64,000 nt of DNA from the IMG/VR virus record IMGVR_UViG_3300032770_000005, positions 32,001 through 96,000 of that record. One strand, given 5' to 3'. Of this stretch, positions 1-9,977 are shown piece after piece; position 1 is the first letter of the stretch; each line of letters opens with the position of its first letter. This DNA is from a virus. A program made the translations under genes and the position numbers. The notes under the pieces were generated by a model, which ran no database searches, was not told where the DNA came from, and saw only the letters and a list, made by a program, of their open reading frames with translations.

Positions 1-2
1 CG

Positions 3-1244
3 GCGGCGGTCAGCTATGGGTCCTGCTACGGCTACCTCGGCGCGACATTCGGGCGGGCCAACTCGTTCTCCGATGGCATGCGCACCGTGCTCGTGGCGAA
101 CGGCATCGCGGAGCAGTGGAATCTGAGCGCGACCGGCGCGGGCGTCGGGCTCTCGGCCTTCACGATCGGCGCGATGCTGCTCGGTCCGACAAACAACCAC
201 TTCGTCTTCGCGACGACGCAGAACGTGCTGTGCGATGGGACGCTCTACGGAGCGCCGACGTCGACGTTCATGAACAATGGTCTCTGTCTCGACAGGATCC
301 AGATCAACGACGCGCCGTCGCTGTCGGTCGTCTTCAAGTACGTCCGAACGGCCACGATTCAGGACTGCAACTTCGCTTCTGGTGCCATCTCTCTGACGGG
401 TGGTGCCACGACCATCATGCGAACGTTCGCCCGTGCGCTGCCGTGTACGATCATCGGTGACACGACGGATCCGCTGTCGCCTACCAACTTTCCGCAGCTG
501 TCCATTCTGATTGCCAGCATCGTCGGTGGATCTGGCGCCTCGGCGACGGTTACGTTCACCGGACAGAGCGCGCTCGTCGTCGACGACACGAGCAGCGTTG
601 GTGGTCTACGTAGTCAGAACTTGGCGGTCAACGGTGCGTTCGTGCCGTCGATGTCGTGTACAGGCAACATTGGAGGCGCAGGCGCAAGCGGGGGGTTCCA
701 GGCCGGCATCGACTTCAAGACGAGTGGACTACCGGATACGGCCACGGTGCTCACCTTCGACCTGCGGGGATCCAAGTGGATGGATCTTGGTGGCGCGGGC
801 ATCGGCGGCGTACCTGCGATTCGCGCCATCGTCACGGGGGCTGCTCCGGCGAACTTCCAGACGATCAAGTGTGACGACACCACGGCGCTTCCGGGTATCC
901 TCATCCTCGCTGACAGCAAGATTCACATCACCGGTCGCGGGGCCATCTGGCCGCAGATGGTGCTCCAGACCCCGGGGACGACGACCGCAGACGGCGACAT
1001 CATCCCGCCTGCGATCTCGGGCACCATCGACCTGCACGCCGGCGGCACCGTCGCGCAGACCTGGGTGGGCCTCGGCTACGCGGGCTTCGTTCGTGCGGGC
1101 GCGGCGCCCGACGTCGTGCTCCTCACGTCGAGCGCTCAGGGCGCCGACGCCGTCGTGAAGTCGCCTGCGACCACGGGCTTCACCACTGTCTCGACCGCGG
1201 TCGCGGGCAACACCGCAGCCAACTGGGAAGCGATCTGGAAATGA
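3..1244 (+). CDS. 5'-truncated Gly/Thr/Ala-rich beta-structured protein, probable virion fibre/structural protein
   Basis: Frame open from the window edge (ORF track starts at Met 78); composition typical of beta-helix/tail-fibre proteins; coupled to next gene by ATGA overlap. Confidence 0.5.
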   Translation, partial: AAVSYGSCYGYLGATFGRANSFSDGMRTVLVANGIAEQWNLSATGAGVGLSAFTIGAMLLGPTNNHFVFATTQNVLCDGTLYGAPTSTFMNNGLCLDRIQINDAPSLSVVFKYVRTATIQDCNFASGAISLTGGATTIMRTFARALPCTIIGDTTDPLSPTNFPQLSILIASIVGGSGASATVTFTGQSALVVDDTSSVGGLRSQNLAVNGAFVPSMSCTGNIGGAGASGGFQAGIDFKTSGLPDTATVLTFDLRGSKWMDLGGAGIGGVPAIRAIVTGAAPANFQTIKCDDTTALPGILILADSKIHITGRGAIWPQMVLQTPGTTTADGDIIPPAISGTIDLHAGGTVAQTWVGLGYAGFVRAGAAPDVVLLTSSAQGADAVVKSPATTGFTTVSTAVAGNTAANWEAIWK

Positions 1245-1861
1245 CGCCCACGCACGATCTCTTGCTCGCGAGCCGTGGTTGGTGCGCAACCATCCGGGAG
1301 CGGCACGCGCTCGACCAGCTCGCGCACAAGGAAGGCCGCGCTCATCAGAAGGTCGACCCCGAGGCGCATCCCGACCTCGTGCCCGGCATCGGCGAGAACG
1401 GCCAGGTGACGGCGTGGGTCACGAACTGGATCGCCTTCCGCATCCGGCGCGTGGCCATCGAGCAGTCGCAGGCCAAGAGCAACGCCGAGCGCGTCCTCGC
1501 CGAGCTGCCGGAAGAGCACGCTGCACGCGTGCGTGACGAGTGGGCCATGCGCGACTACGGCGCGACGCACGAGGTCACGCGTGCCCGTATCGCCGCACTG
1601 AGGGCCAAGGTCGAGGTCGACCCGAACCGCACCGAGGCAGATCGCGCGGAGATCCTCAAGATGCTCGACGAGCAGCAGTCGTTTCTCACGCGGCACGAGA
1701 CGACGGCGGTCGGACGGGCAGCGCTGGAGCGCAGCGAGGCGGAGCAGACGCTCGCTGATGCGAATGCGTACCTGAGCGTCGCGCAGAACGACCTCATCCT
1801 GCACTACCGGACGCAGCTCGAAGGAGAGCTGAAGGCCGCCGGCGCGACGAGCACGACATGA
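1241..1861 (+). CDS. hypothetical coiled-coil protein
   Basis: High-GC3 codon usage, ATGA overlaps at both ends. Confidence 0.7.
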   Translation: MTPTHDLLLASRGWCATIRERHALDQLAHKEGRAHQKVDPEAHPDLVPGIGENGQVTAWVTNWIAFRIRRVAIEQSQAKSNAERVLAELPEEHAARVRDEWAMRDYGATHEVTRARIAALRAKVEVDPNRTEADRAEILKMLDEQQSFLTRHETTAVGRAALERSEAEQTLADANAYLSVAQNDLILHYRTQLEGELKAAGATSTT

Positions 1862-3582
1862 GCACTACGACGGCCGGCGCCTACCAGAAGATCATCCAGT
1901 ACCACGCGTACTGGGGCCAGTACGTGTGGAACGCGGGCGCCGTGAACACGTTCGACGGTCGGACTTCCGACGTCGGCTCGACCAATCTGCCGAATGCGCC
2001 GGGCAACCCGCTGGCAGCGCCGTTCTTCCAGAAGCTCCAGTCGGGCGACACGGCTTCGACGACGGAGGCGAGCGCGGACGGGAGTCAGATCGGCCTCTGG
2101 GTCTGCATCTACCCGGGCGCAGCGCCTGGGGACGGGCTCGCGGTGTGGGCCCGCAGCGACAACGCGCACACGATTCGCGATGCTCACGTCATCGTGGTGG
2201 GCCAGAGCGGATGGCTCGCGGGGCTGGCGAATGCCGGGCAGCCGCCGCTCCCGGCCAACAACCTCGACCTTAGCCTCGCGACGGGCGACGTCGCCTCGGT
2301 GACGTGCGACTACCTCGACGCGGGCGACGGCGCGGAGTTCGAGCAGGCGCTGCTCGCGGCCGCGGCGTCGGGCTCTCCGATCGACGTGCGCTTGCGCCCG
2401 TGCGACATCGAGCTGACGGGAACGACGACGGTGCCGGTCACGCTGCCCGCCGGCTGCCGGCTCATCGGCGCTGGCATGCACGTGAGCACGATCGCGAGTC
2501 GCTCGGCCGTCGGAGACGACCAGAGCACGCTGATCGTCGAGGCCGAGGCCGAGTGCATCGACGTCGGGTTCGTGAGCCCGAAGGTGACGGGTGGCGCGCC
2601 CGGCGGCACGAACACGTTCGTCGTGAGCGCCGGCGGCGCGTACACGCGGTTCAAGAACTGCTACTTCGAGCTGGATGGTGCAGCGCGAGTCGCTTACGTC
2701 GCGCTCCTCGATGCGACGGCGACCGCGCTCGTGATGGACTGCTCGTTCCTCGGTGAGGACCAGACGAGCAACGCGACTCCGGGCACCGCGGTCTGGATGG
2801 GAGATCCGAGCGGCAGCTTCGTCACGCCCGACCACGACTTCGTGGTGCGCGGGTGCACGTTCGACACGTGGAACCGGCTGCTGTTCGTGTACGAGGCGAC
2901 CCGGGGCTCGATGTACGACTGCGAGGGCATCGTCGTGCGTCCGAACGACGGCGCCATCGGCGTGACGTGGACGGGGACTGGCGGCGGTGGGGGCGATCCT
3001 ACGGTGCGGGTCGACAACGTGCGCGTCTACGTCTCGCCCACCGAGGCCGGCGGCGACACGGCCTACTACGGCATCCTGCTCACGCAGAACCGTGGCAGCG
3101 ACACGATGGAGGCGCTCCAGTTCAGCGGCGTGCAGGTCATCTTCCTCGCGGGTGGCACGACTGTTCCTCGGTACGGCTACAGCATCAACGCCGGCTCCAG
3201 CGGCGTGCTCCAGGGCATGACGCTCGTCGGCGGCTCGGTGTTCGGGCACACGATCGGCATCGCCGTGAACGCGAACGGCGGCGGCACGGTCGAGGACGGT
3301 TCGATCGCCGCCGTGGCGCTCGGGACCCCGACCACGCTGGGCGGCGTCCCGGGGACGCAGATTCGCCTTCAGCAAGGCGGCGGCCTACTGTCGACGTTCG
3401 GCGTCTACAACTGCGCCGCACGCAACGCGCCTGCCGGCGGCTACGGCATCGACCTCGAAGCGGCTACGCCGTCGCTGCTCAAGAACACGATCGTCGTCGG
3501 CAACAACATCGTGCCCTCGGGCGGCACGGCGTTCCGCGACCAAGGGACCGGCACCGAGGCCGGCCACAACATCGAGTCGTGA
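1858..3582 (+). CDS. right-handed beta-helix (pectin-lyase-like) protein, probable tailspike/fibre
   Basis: Motifs LPAGCRLIGAG, FKNCYFE, VMDCSF, VRGCTF, IVVGNNI; ends in AGHNI as seen in beta-helix spike proteins. Confidence 0.6.
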   Translation: MSTTTAGAYQKIIQYHAYWGQYVWNAGAVNTFDGRTSDVGSTNLPNAPGNPLAAPFFQKLQSGDTASTTEASADGSQIGLWVCIYPGAAPGDGLAVWARSDNAHTIRDAHVIVVGQSGWLAGLANAGQPPLPANNLDLSLATGDVASVTCDYLDAGDGAEFEQALLAAAASGSPIDVRLRPCDIELTGTTTVPVTLPAGCRLIGAGMHVSTIASRSAVGDDQSTLIVEAEAECIDVGFVSPKVTGGAPGGTNTFVVSAGGAYTRFKNCYFELDGAARVAYVALLDATATALVMDCSFLGEDQTSNATPGTAVWMGDPSGSFVTPDHDFVVRGCTFDTWNRLLFVYEATRGSMYDCEGIVVRPNDGAIGVTWTGTGGGGGDPTVRVDNVRVYVSPTEAGGDTAYYGILLTQNRGSDTMEALQFSGVQVIFLAGGTTVPRYGYSINAGSSGVLQGMTLVGGSVFGHTIGIAVNANGGGTVEDGSIAAVALGTPTTLGGVPGTQIRLQQGGGLLSTFGVYNCAARNAPAGGYGIDLEAATPSLLKNTIVVGNNIVPSGGTAFRDQGTGTEAGHNIES

Positions 3583-3908
3583 TGCGCAGCCGACTCAGCG
3601 CCGCGGAGCGCGCAGCCACCTTGCGCCCGGTGCTCTTGAGCGGCATCGGCCGCGGCGGCGGCTACGTCGACCCGAAGACGCTCGCGGAAGTCGCAGAGCT
3701 GCTCGGCACGACCGAGGAAGACATCAGCGTGCTCCGCTACGGCCGCGCCTCGACGGCCGTGATGCTGATGTCGTTCACGCAGCAGCTCGATCGGGAACGC
3801 GGGCCGAACAAGAGCGCGACGCTCGTGCTCCAACGGTTCGCAGGCAAGCCGGTCACGGTGCGCGGCGACGTCGTCTGCTTTCCCGCAGGCGCTCCGTTCA
3901 GCTGCTGA
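3582..3908 (+). CDS. hypothetical protein
   Basis: TGATG-coupled start, good codon usage (C-terminal part of ORF 2853..3908). Confidence 0.6.
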   Translation: MRSRLSAAERAATLRPVLLSGIGRGGGYVDPKTLAEVAELLGTTEEDISVLRYGRASTAVMLMSFTQQLDRERGPNKSATLVLQRFAGKPVTVRGDVVCFPAGAPFSC

Positions 3909-3950
3909 ATGTGAGTTGCGTGTGTTGCGTATGTAGCGTACGCTCCGCGC

Positions 3951-4838
3951 ATGATGACTGGTGTCCCGATGCGCTCCGAGAGGTGGTTGGTGGCGTGCGG
4001 CGCGTTCTGCGCGGCAGCGTGCTGGGTGGCTGGGTGCGCGCCGACGCCTGACGTTCTGCTCGACGTGTCGCCCGCGGCAGACGCTGCGCCGACCGGCGAT
4101 GCCGGCTTCGTGGTCGACGCAGCGGATGCGGGCATGCTCGATGTCGACGGGGCCGTCGCGGGCGACGCGGATGCGCTCGGTGCGATCGACGCTGCCACGA
4201 GCGATGGTGACGGCGGCGCGACTGACGCCGCGAGTGCGAGCGATGCCGGCGTCGACGCGTCGTCGCCGGCGGTCGACGCCGCGAGTGCACTGTGCGGCAA
4301 CGGCTACATCGACCCGGGCGAGGTCTGTGACCCGGGCGAGGTCTATCCGGATGGCGGCACCATGCCGATCACCGACTCGCCGTGGTGCCACGGGTGCACT
4401 GTGATCGGATGTCCTGGCGGCGGCATCGATCCCGTCACGAACTGGTGCGTGGTGGTCGCCGAGGGCATGGCTCCAGATCCGTCCACGATCAGGCCCGCAA
4501 CGCGATGGCCGATGGTCTACTGGGACACCGCTGCCGAGCTGACGGGGCTGCTCACGGCGATCGCGGCGATTGGTCCGGACGAGCAGGGCCAGGTCGCGCT
4601 CAGGCGATTCGGCGGCGTGACGGGCACCTGGTACATGTACCGAGAGGACGGGACGTCGTTCGTTCCTACCGACATGCCCGCGTGGGTCGAGCGCTTTCCG
4701 CTGGCAGATCCGTCCTACTGCGCCGAGCTGCACCAGGCGGCTTCCGGCGCCCTGAGCCTCCAGCAGACGACGTGCGGGCGCGCCACTGACGTGAGCGCGC
4801 AGTTCGTGTTCTCGCCGCCGCCCGGCATCGCTCATTGA
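3951..4838 (+). CDS. lipoprotein with DAG-rich linker and Myxococcus Cys-rich repeat
   Basis: Lipobox-like VAGC, DAG/DAS low-complexity linker, CGNGYIDPGEVCD motif typical of myxobacterial Cys-rich repeats. Confidence 0.65.
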   Translation: MMTGVPMRSERWLVACGAFCAAACWVAGCAPTPDVLLDVSPAADAAPTGDAGFVVDAADAGMLDVDGAVAGDADALGAIDAATSDGDGGATDAASASDAGVDASSPAVDAASALCGNGYIDPGEVCDPGEVYPDGGTMPITDSPWCHGCTVIGCPGGGIDPVTNWCVVVAEGMAPDPSTIRPATRWPMVYWDTAAELTGLLTAIAAIGPDEQGQVALRRFGGVTGTWYMYREDGTSFVPTDMPAWVERFPLADPSYCAELHQAASGALSLQQTTCGRATDVSAQFVFSPPPGIAH

Positions 4839-4857
4839 AAAACAGAGAGGCCTGTGC

Positions 4858-5898
4858 GGCGCGAGGCCAGTGCGGGGGCTTCGTGCCTGCGACTACTGCG
4901 CCGCATGCCGCGCTGTGGTCCCAGCCGCCGCCGAGCGAGCCAGTGCGGGGGCCTCATGCCCGCGACATGCCAGCGCAGTGGCTTGGTGCCTGCGACGCTT
5001 GTCTCCTCGGCCGTCGGTGCCGTCAGTCGCGAGGCCAGCGCAGGGGCCTGATGCCTGCGGCCGTGTTGCGAAGCCTGCGCAGAGCCGAGTGCCTGCGACT
5101 GGCGCGTGACGAGATCGGCTCTACCTTAGGCGGTAAGCCGCGAGGCCGGCGCGGGGGCTTGGTGCTCGCGACGTGCGGTCCGAGCACGCACCGGCAACGC
5201 CTGTGTTTGCAGGGCCAGCGCGGGGGCCGAGTGCCCGCGACCCCACTTCTGCGATCCTTCGAGGCCAGCGCGAGGGCATCGTGCTCGCGACCGCGGATCC
5301 GTGCTCGCGACCGCGGATCGCGGTGAGGATCAACGAGCCCGGCCGCAGGGGGCATCGTGCCGTCGCGAAGCCAGCGCGGGGGCCGAGTGCTCGCGACGAG
5401 GTCGTGGGGTGCCCGTGCTCGTGGTCATGAAGCCAGGCCGGCGCGAGGGCTTAGTGCTTGCGACGAGAACTGTGAGCACCACGTCGGCTCAGCAGAAGGC
5501 CAGCGCGGGGGCCGTGTGCCTGCGACGGCGAGCCGGGCGCGCACCGACAGTGGACCGTCATCCGTCGCGAGAGGCCAGCGCGGGGGCCGAGTGCCCGCGA
5601 TTGTCTCGTCGCGGTCATGTTGTTGCGACGACATCATCGTTGCAGGGCCAGCGCGGGGGCCTGATGCCTGCGACTGGGCCGTTGCAGCGCGGTGCGAGTG
5701 CCTGTGTCGCGAGGCCAGCGCGAGGGCTTCGTGCTCGCGACGCAGGGTTCGCCTCCAGAAGCGCGCGGCGCGTGCTCCTCCTCGTCGCGAGGCCAGCGCA
5801 GGGGCCTGGTGCCTGCGACTGGAGATCTGCCATTGTCGTTGCCGGCGCCGTCGATGAGGCCGGAAATCACGCCAGCGCGAGGGTCTCGTGCTCGCGAC
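4858..5898 (+). CRISPR. orphan variant CRISPR array A, about 17 repeats of the Cas12m-associated family
   Basis: Repeats such as GTTGCAGGGCCAGCGCGGGGGCCTGATGCCTGCGAC (5639-5674) and GTCGCGAGGCCAGCGCGAGGGCTTCGTGCTCGCGAC (5706-5741); unique spacers from about 0 to 43 nt; local 20-nt duplication 5281-5319. Confidence 0.85.
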
Positions 5899-5956
5899 AT
5901 CACAGGAACGCGACCACGGCTTGGCGCCGAGGGGCCGGCCCGGTACGATGCGAGGC

Positions 5957-6727
5957 ATGACGACCCGCCGAGGCATGCTCTGGAAGACGCCGTGGAAGAG
6001 AGATCGCAACAAGGCGCCCCTGCCTCCCGGCGGCGAGATGGCCTTCTTCCAGAACTTCGACTCCGGCGCGAACAGTTCCGCGTACAAGAGCGTCGGCAAC
6101 ACGATGCTCGGGCAGTCGCTGCCGTTCTGGTTCGGCGCAGTGAGCGCGCAGCAGAACACGCTCACCAACTTCTTCGGCGCGGTCCCCGGCGCCGGCTTCG
6201 GCTTCTCAGCAGGGCTGCTCGGTGGCACGGCTGGCCTCGTCTCGGGCAATGCTGAGGCGGCTCCGAGCCTCGTCTCCAACGGCCAGCTCGCGGTCAGGCC
6301 TGCCGCCGGCACGATCGCGGTCGTCGCCATCCTGGCGATCGTCGAGCAGGCCGGCGCGGGCTACCGGCTCACGACGTACTTCTGTCGGCTCGGGCAGCCG
6401 ATCAAGCAGACCGTGACGCCCTACGCGCCGCCCGGCGCGACGCAGCTCGTTCTGTCCGCGAGCACCGGGCTGATCCACGGCGCAGCCGGCGGAGCCGGCG
6501 TGCCGACCGCCGCCCAGGTCCAGTCGTGGTTCCAGCAGCTGAAGCTGAACCGCGAGGTCGGGGAGATCCCCGGCCTCACGTCGCACCTCTACTCCGCTAC
6601 GAGCGTCTATCCGCTCGTGCCGGCCGTGCTACCGAACGGAGCGGGCGGCCAGAACATGGACTACACGGTGATCGCTGGCGCGCCGACACCGACCAACGTG
6701 CTGCTCGCCGTGTCGTTCCCCTGGTGA
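5957..6727 (+). CDS. hypothetical, possibly structural protein
   Basis: Strong codon usage; start at 5948 or 5957; annotated ORF start 5888 lies inside the array. Confidence 0.65.
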   Translation: MTTRRGMLWKTPWKRDRNKAPLPPGGEMAFFQNFDSGANSSAYKSVGNTMLGQSLPFWFGAVSAQQNTLTNFFGAVPGAGFGFSAGLLGGTAGLVSGNAEAAPSLVSNGQLAVRPAAGTIAVVAILAIVEQAGAGYRLTTYFCRLGQPIKQTVTPYAPPGATQLVLSASTGLIHGAAGGAGVPTAAQVQSWFQQLKLNREVGEIPGLTSHLYSATSVYPLVPAVLPNGAGGQNMDYTVIAGAPTPTNVLLAVSFPW

Positions 6728-6743
6728 ACGTGTCGGACACGTT
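6727..6743. promoter_or_regulatory. 17-bp palindrome AACGTGTC-G-GACACGTT (TGTCnGACA operator family)
   Basis: Perfect inverted repeat 15 nt upstream of the 6759 start; core recurs about 10 times in the window. Confidence 0.55.
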
Positions 6744-6758
6744 GTAGGCTGCTCGTCC

Positions 6759-7205
6759 ATGAGCAACGACGCCTTCAACCGCGGCATCTTCAGCGAGCAG
6801 AAGGGCGTGCTCGACGACGCCTTCCAGAACGCGACGGGCGTCGAGCACGCGACCGGCGATCTCAAGGAGGGCATCAGAGAGAACGTCGAGATGGGCGGCG
6901 TGCGCCTCATGAGCGACTGCAACTACTGCGGGCTCCAGTGGCGCGGCATCGTGAAGTGGCCCGAGATCGCCGGCTTCTTCACCGGTCAGCAGGTGCCGGG
7001 CACCCAAGCGATCAGACCCGGCGTGGCCAGCGCCTTCGGTTGCAGAAAATGCAACAGCGTCAACAAGTTCCTGATGCCGTGGGCGGACATCAACCGGTAC
7101 GTGGCGATGGGCGTGGAGATGGGTGCGCTGCCGCGAGACATCTACAAGGTCCGCGAGCAGATCATGGCGCAGCGCGCCGCGCAGAGATCTGCACGCGGCA
7201 GATGA
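6759..7205 (+). CDS. Zn-ribbon hypothetical protein
   Basis: CNYC...CRKC. Confidence 0.7.
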   Translation: MSNDAFNRGIFSEQKGVLDDAFQNATGVEHATGDLKEGIRENVEMGGVRLMSDCNYCGLQWRGIVKWPEIAGFFTGQQVPGTQAIRPGVASAFGCRKCNSVNKFLMPWADINRYVAMGVEMGALPRDIYKVREQIMAQRAAQRSARGR

Positions 7206-7362
7206 CCGACATGCCTGCGCAGGGCCTCGTGCCTGCGACGCACAGCGCCGTGCATCGGCCTCAATCGCGAGGCCAGCGCGAGGGCCTCATGCTCGCGACG
7301 ACCCACGCGTGCTCTACAGGCAGGGGCCGAGGCCTGCGACCAAGAAAAGCGAGGCGCATCCG

Positions 7363-7412
7363 AAAGTCTGTCCGCATGCAGAAGTCTGTCCGCATGCAGA
7401 AGTCCGTCCGCA
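7363..7412 (+). repeat. 18-nt tandem repeat (GAAGTCTGTCCGCATGCA, about 2.7 copies) inside a spacer
   Basis: Read directly. Confidence 0.85.
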
Positions 7413-7721
7413 GATCGGCAGTCGCCAGGCCAGCGCGGGGGCTTCGTGCCTGCGACTTGCAGTGGGAGATCATGTCCGCCGTTGCATGCCAGCGCAGGGG
7501 CTACCTGCCTGCGACGCCCAGGCTCCGCGCGTGTTTGAGGCCAGCACGAGGGCCTCGTGCTCGTGACTCCCGTGCGGCCAGTTCTTGCTCGCTCGCGAAC
7601 CGTCCGCTTGACGACGGACGCCCCAAGGCCAGCGCGGGGGCCGAGTGCCTGCGACTTGCAGTGTGAGCAGTGTGAGATCAGATGGCGGCGCGCATGTAGA
7701 GAGCGTGGCGGCAAACACGGC

Positions 7722-7869
7722 CGGCGAGGCCGGCCCGTGACCGAGCGAGCGGCAGCGAACGGTAGCTCATTGCATCTTCTTCCGGGGACGATGGGTGGCC
7801 GCGCTGTCGTGGCTGCGACGGAGTTGCTGCTCCGTGGTAGTCCGGCGAGATCACGGGTCGGCCTCACCG
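7722..7869 (+). ncRNA. candidate structured RNA, three-way junction on a long closing stem
   Basis: Manual pairing: 7722-7740/7851-7869, 7747-7756/7823-7832, 7761-7772/7789-7800, 7804-7810/7815-7821; G-U pairs favour the + strand. Confidence 0.45.
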
Positions 7870-8138
7870 ACCGACTGCCGATCCTGCGACGCAGATCTGA
7901 GAACGACGCGCATCACGCCAGCGCGAGGGCCGCATGCTCGCGACAAGCGCTCGAACTCTACTAAGCCAGCGCAGGGGCCGCATGCCTGCGACGAGCACGC
8001 TCGCGATGACGCTCGCCGTCGCTCGGCTCGAAAGGCCATCGCGGGGCATCGTGCCCGCGACATGTGGACGGACGAGTTTCTTTTACAAGGCCAGCGCAGG
8101 GGCCCGTGTACCTGCGACGTCTATGGAGGCTGGGCCTC

Positions 8139-8549
8139 CTAGTCGGTCCACCCAAGAGCGAGCAGGCGCCGACGCGCGACGTCTCGATACCCCTGGACCG
8201 CACCGATCGCGTAGATCAGCGTGCCGCGCTCCTTCAACGTGAGTCCGCGAGTGGCCGCGGCGGCATCCATCATCGATAGCCTGGTGATCCAGGCCTCGAA
8301 GAACACGACATCGCCTCTGCGGATGGCATCGTAGGCATCACGCTCGCTGGTGTCGTAGAGGTTCTTGCCCCAGAGAACCACGAACTGCGGCAGTCTGCTG
8401 TACGGCACCGTGTGGCCGGGGCCCCACATCGCGTCTCGCAGGTTGCGCCACTGCGACAGAAAGCCGTGTGCCGAGCGCGAGCGCTTGAGTGAGCGCGGAA
8501 CCGCGTCGATGACCTTGGGCAGGTGATAGACGCTGGGCCTGCCGCTCAT
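8139..8549 (-). CDS. hypothetical protein
   Basis: Start MSGRPSVY overlaps the stop of the phosphatase gene. Confidence 0.6.
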   Translation of the reverse strand: MSGRPSVYHLPKVIDAVPRSLKRSRSAHGFLSQWRNLRDAMWGPGHTVPYSRLPQFVVLWGKNLYDTSERDAYDAIRRGDVVFFEAWITRLSMMDAAAATRGLTLKERGTLIYAIGAVQGYRDVARRRLLALGWTD

Positions 8550-9028
8550 CGCTGGGCGAGAAGAAACTGCTCGAACATGGGGTTCGCGAGCGCCTCTTCT
8601 CCACCGCCGAGCTTGCGATGTCGGCGCACGACCGCGATCGCCTGCTGTGGCGTCCAGGTCGGGTAGAGCTGGAGCAGCGTCAGGGCGACGAGGAGGCCAG
8701 ATCTGTTCTTCCCTTGCATGCACGTCACGAGCACGCGCTTGCCGTGGCGCACAGCGCGGGCGATCTGCGCCGCGCTTTGCCAGAGCACGGGGATGACGTC
8801 GCGCGGGACGGGACGGTAGATGTCGTCGTCCATCGGCACGCGCAGGACCATCTTCCCGGCTGGCGCCACGAGCTTCGGCTGCGCTTCCATCGCCGAGTAG
8901 ACGATGACGTCGAAGAAGCTGAACAGCCGAGGGTCCGCGCCCGGGTACGCGCCCTGCGCGAGGTGATCGCGTACGATCCAGTTCCAGTCCCGGTAGCTCA
9001 CGAGCAGATGGTAGAACTTGTCCGACAC
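8546..9028 (-). CDS. dual-specificity/Cys-based protein phosphatase
   Basis: VLVTCMQGKNRS (Cx5R) plus PMDD acid loop and ANPMFEQFL. Confidence 0.88.
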   Translation of the reverse strand: MSDKFYHLLVSYRDWNWIVRDHLAQGAYPGADPRLFSFFDVIVYSAMEAQPKLVAPAGKMVLRVPMDDDIYRPVPRDVIPVLWQSAAQIARAVRHGKRVLVTCMQGKNRSGLLVALTLLQLYPTWTPQQAIAVVRRHRKLGGGEEALANPMFEQFLLAQR

Positions 9029-9052
9029 CGTCGCAACGGGTACGGTCGGGAC

Positions 9053-9352
9053 ATGCCCGTGTACTCAGACACCGAGAGCGTCGACGAAGACCTGATGCGA
9101 GTGCTGACTGGCATCCGTGACCGCCAGCTCGACCTCGTGATCCTCATCGGCGCTGCGTGCGTCGACCGTCCGAACGGCGGCGCACTCGCCGAGTACGTCG
9201 TCGCCCGACCTCGAACCGGCGAGCCCGAGGTGCCGCCCGACCGGCTCTACGCGATGCTCAAGTCGTCGGCCCAGCACCTGCGGGCGATGGCGGCGAGCAT
9301 GGACCAGATGGCCGACACGATCGCGTCTCCGCCGTCCGAAGACCTGAACTGA
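9053..9352 (+). CDS. hypothetical protein
   Basis: MPVYSDTES start, good codon usage. Confidence 0.6.
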   Translation: MPVYSDTESVDEDLMRVLTGIRDRQLDLVILIGAACVDRPNGGALAEYVVARPRTGEPEVPPDRLYAMLKSSAQHLRAMAASMDQMADTIASPPSEDLN

Positions 9353-9976
9353 TCACGCGCGGGCGCGTCGCCGGCGAACGACCGCGACCAGGACGAGCGC
9401 GAGCGCCCCGACCGCGGTAGCGCCGATGGCGATCGCGACGCCCATGCCGGCGCCTCCACGGGCCGCCTGGTCCATCACCGTCGCCATCGCCTGACCCCAG
9501 CCCTGCGCGGAGGTGGGCGTGAGGTGCCAGCCGAGCGAGTCGCGCGGCAGCGAGGTCGGCGTGCTCGGGTACGCGTCGATGTAGTTCGCGCCGAAGATCG
9601 CCTGGTTCTGCGTCCGCAGCGCATCTCCCACTTGCTGCGACGGCTGGCCGCTGCTCGTCGGCGAGGCGTCCGGCGGGTACTGCGGCGGACCGCTCATGTA
9701 GACGGGCGCGTGCACGCTGTCACGCATCTGGACGAGCGCGTTGCTCGTGGCCGTGCCGGCCGGGCTGTTGTGCCCGAAGATGAGCAGGACGAGATCGTTC
9801 TGAGCGGCCAGCGACGTGTACTGGTTCCAGAGCGACGGCGTGTTGACGTACGTGACGGGCGAGTCGCCGTCGTTGTGGATCTGCGTCACGGTGTGCCCAA
9901 GCGCGACGAGCGCGGCCTTCGCGGCGGCGCCGGGGTTGCCGGCCTGCGAGTCGCCGATGATCAGGATGTTCGCCAC
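9353..9976 (-). CDS. SGNH/GDSL hydrolase with C-terminal TM anchor and Arg tail
   Basis: ILIIGDS, FGHN, DSLGWH motifs; hydrophobic helix followed by RRRRARA. Confidence 0.8.
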   Translation of the reverse strand: MANILIIGDSQAGNPGAAAKAALVALGHTVTQIHNDGDSPVTYVNTPSLWNQYTSLAAQNDLVLLIFGHNSPAGTATSNALVQMRDSVHAPVYMSGPPQYPPDASPTSSGQPSQQVGDALRTQNQAIFGANYIDAYPSTPTSLPRDSLGWHLTPTSAQGWGQAMATVMDQAARGGAGMGVAIAIGATAVGALALVLVAVVRRRRARA

Positions 9977-9977
9977 G

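Larger units (their letters stand above)
7204..8118 (+). CRISPR. orphan variant CRISPR array B, about 11 repeats, interrupted by an 18-nt tandem repeat and a ~250-nt insert
   Basis: Repeat 3' ends at 7239, 7299, 7340, 7456, 7515, 7567, 7655, 7944, 7992, 8061, 8118. Confidence 0.8.

Noticed and set aside
4835-5960. ORFs with repeated ASAGA/RPARG/GQRGG peptides (also 6938-8279, 27051-28286, 40375-40902)
   Set aside because: Translations of CRISPR repeats, not genes
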